Below, in pieces: positions 63,999 through 64,000 of a stretch of 64,000 nucleotides of DNA (positions are counted from its first letter, which is position 1; each line of letters begins with the position of its first letter). The notes beneath the pieces were generated by a model, which made no database searches, was not told the DNA's origin, and saw nothing but the letters and a program-made list of their open reading frames with translations. Location of the stretch: contig OZ242260.1 of the NCBI GenBank assembly GCA_965207065.1, positions 1,472,001 to 1,536,000 on the forward strand, in the 5' to 3' direction. The translations under genes and the position numbers were made by a program. This DNA is from a bacterium (lineage in GTDB: Bacteria; UBA8248).

Positions 63999-64000
63999 AT

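Overview
The first ~3.7 kb is ordinary bacterial chromosome (threonine synthase 3' end, PTPS, SDR, 2Fe-2S ferredoxin, tsaC/Sua5, purE, RidA). From ~4 kb to ~60 kb is a decayed accessory island of mobile elements inserted into each other. It holds five group II intron units (one full-length, one ORF-less sibling inside an FRG-domain gene, a twintron of two units, one truncated), two RIT (recombinase-in-trio) elements plus a probable RIT scar, two IS110/IS1111 elements, a large-serine-recombinase element integrated in an IS110 gene, IS66/IS256/IS1380/IS1182/IS1634 pieces, and an intact IS1595 element carrying a type II restriction-modification system. Cargo includes AbiEi/AbiEii, a frameshifted SIR2 (Dsr1-like) gene, DUF4338 genes, a solitary type I-E CRISPR repeat, TbpB-like surface lipoproteins, a Sel1 protein, a protein with an animal-like Cys-rich domain, a truncated vanadium haloperoxidase, an MMPL transporter and a P450. 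This content suggests a host-associated (possibly sponge) symbiont, which is inference only. The strongest signal is RNA-guided targeting of one mobile element by another, readable base by base. The two IS110 non-coding RNAs carry different guide segments that each match their own flank: one targets the end of an IS256, the other apparently the guide-RNA region of another IS110. The introns' EBS motifs likewise co-vary with their exons. All calls were made by eye; no searches were run.
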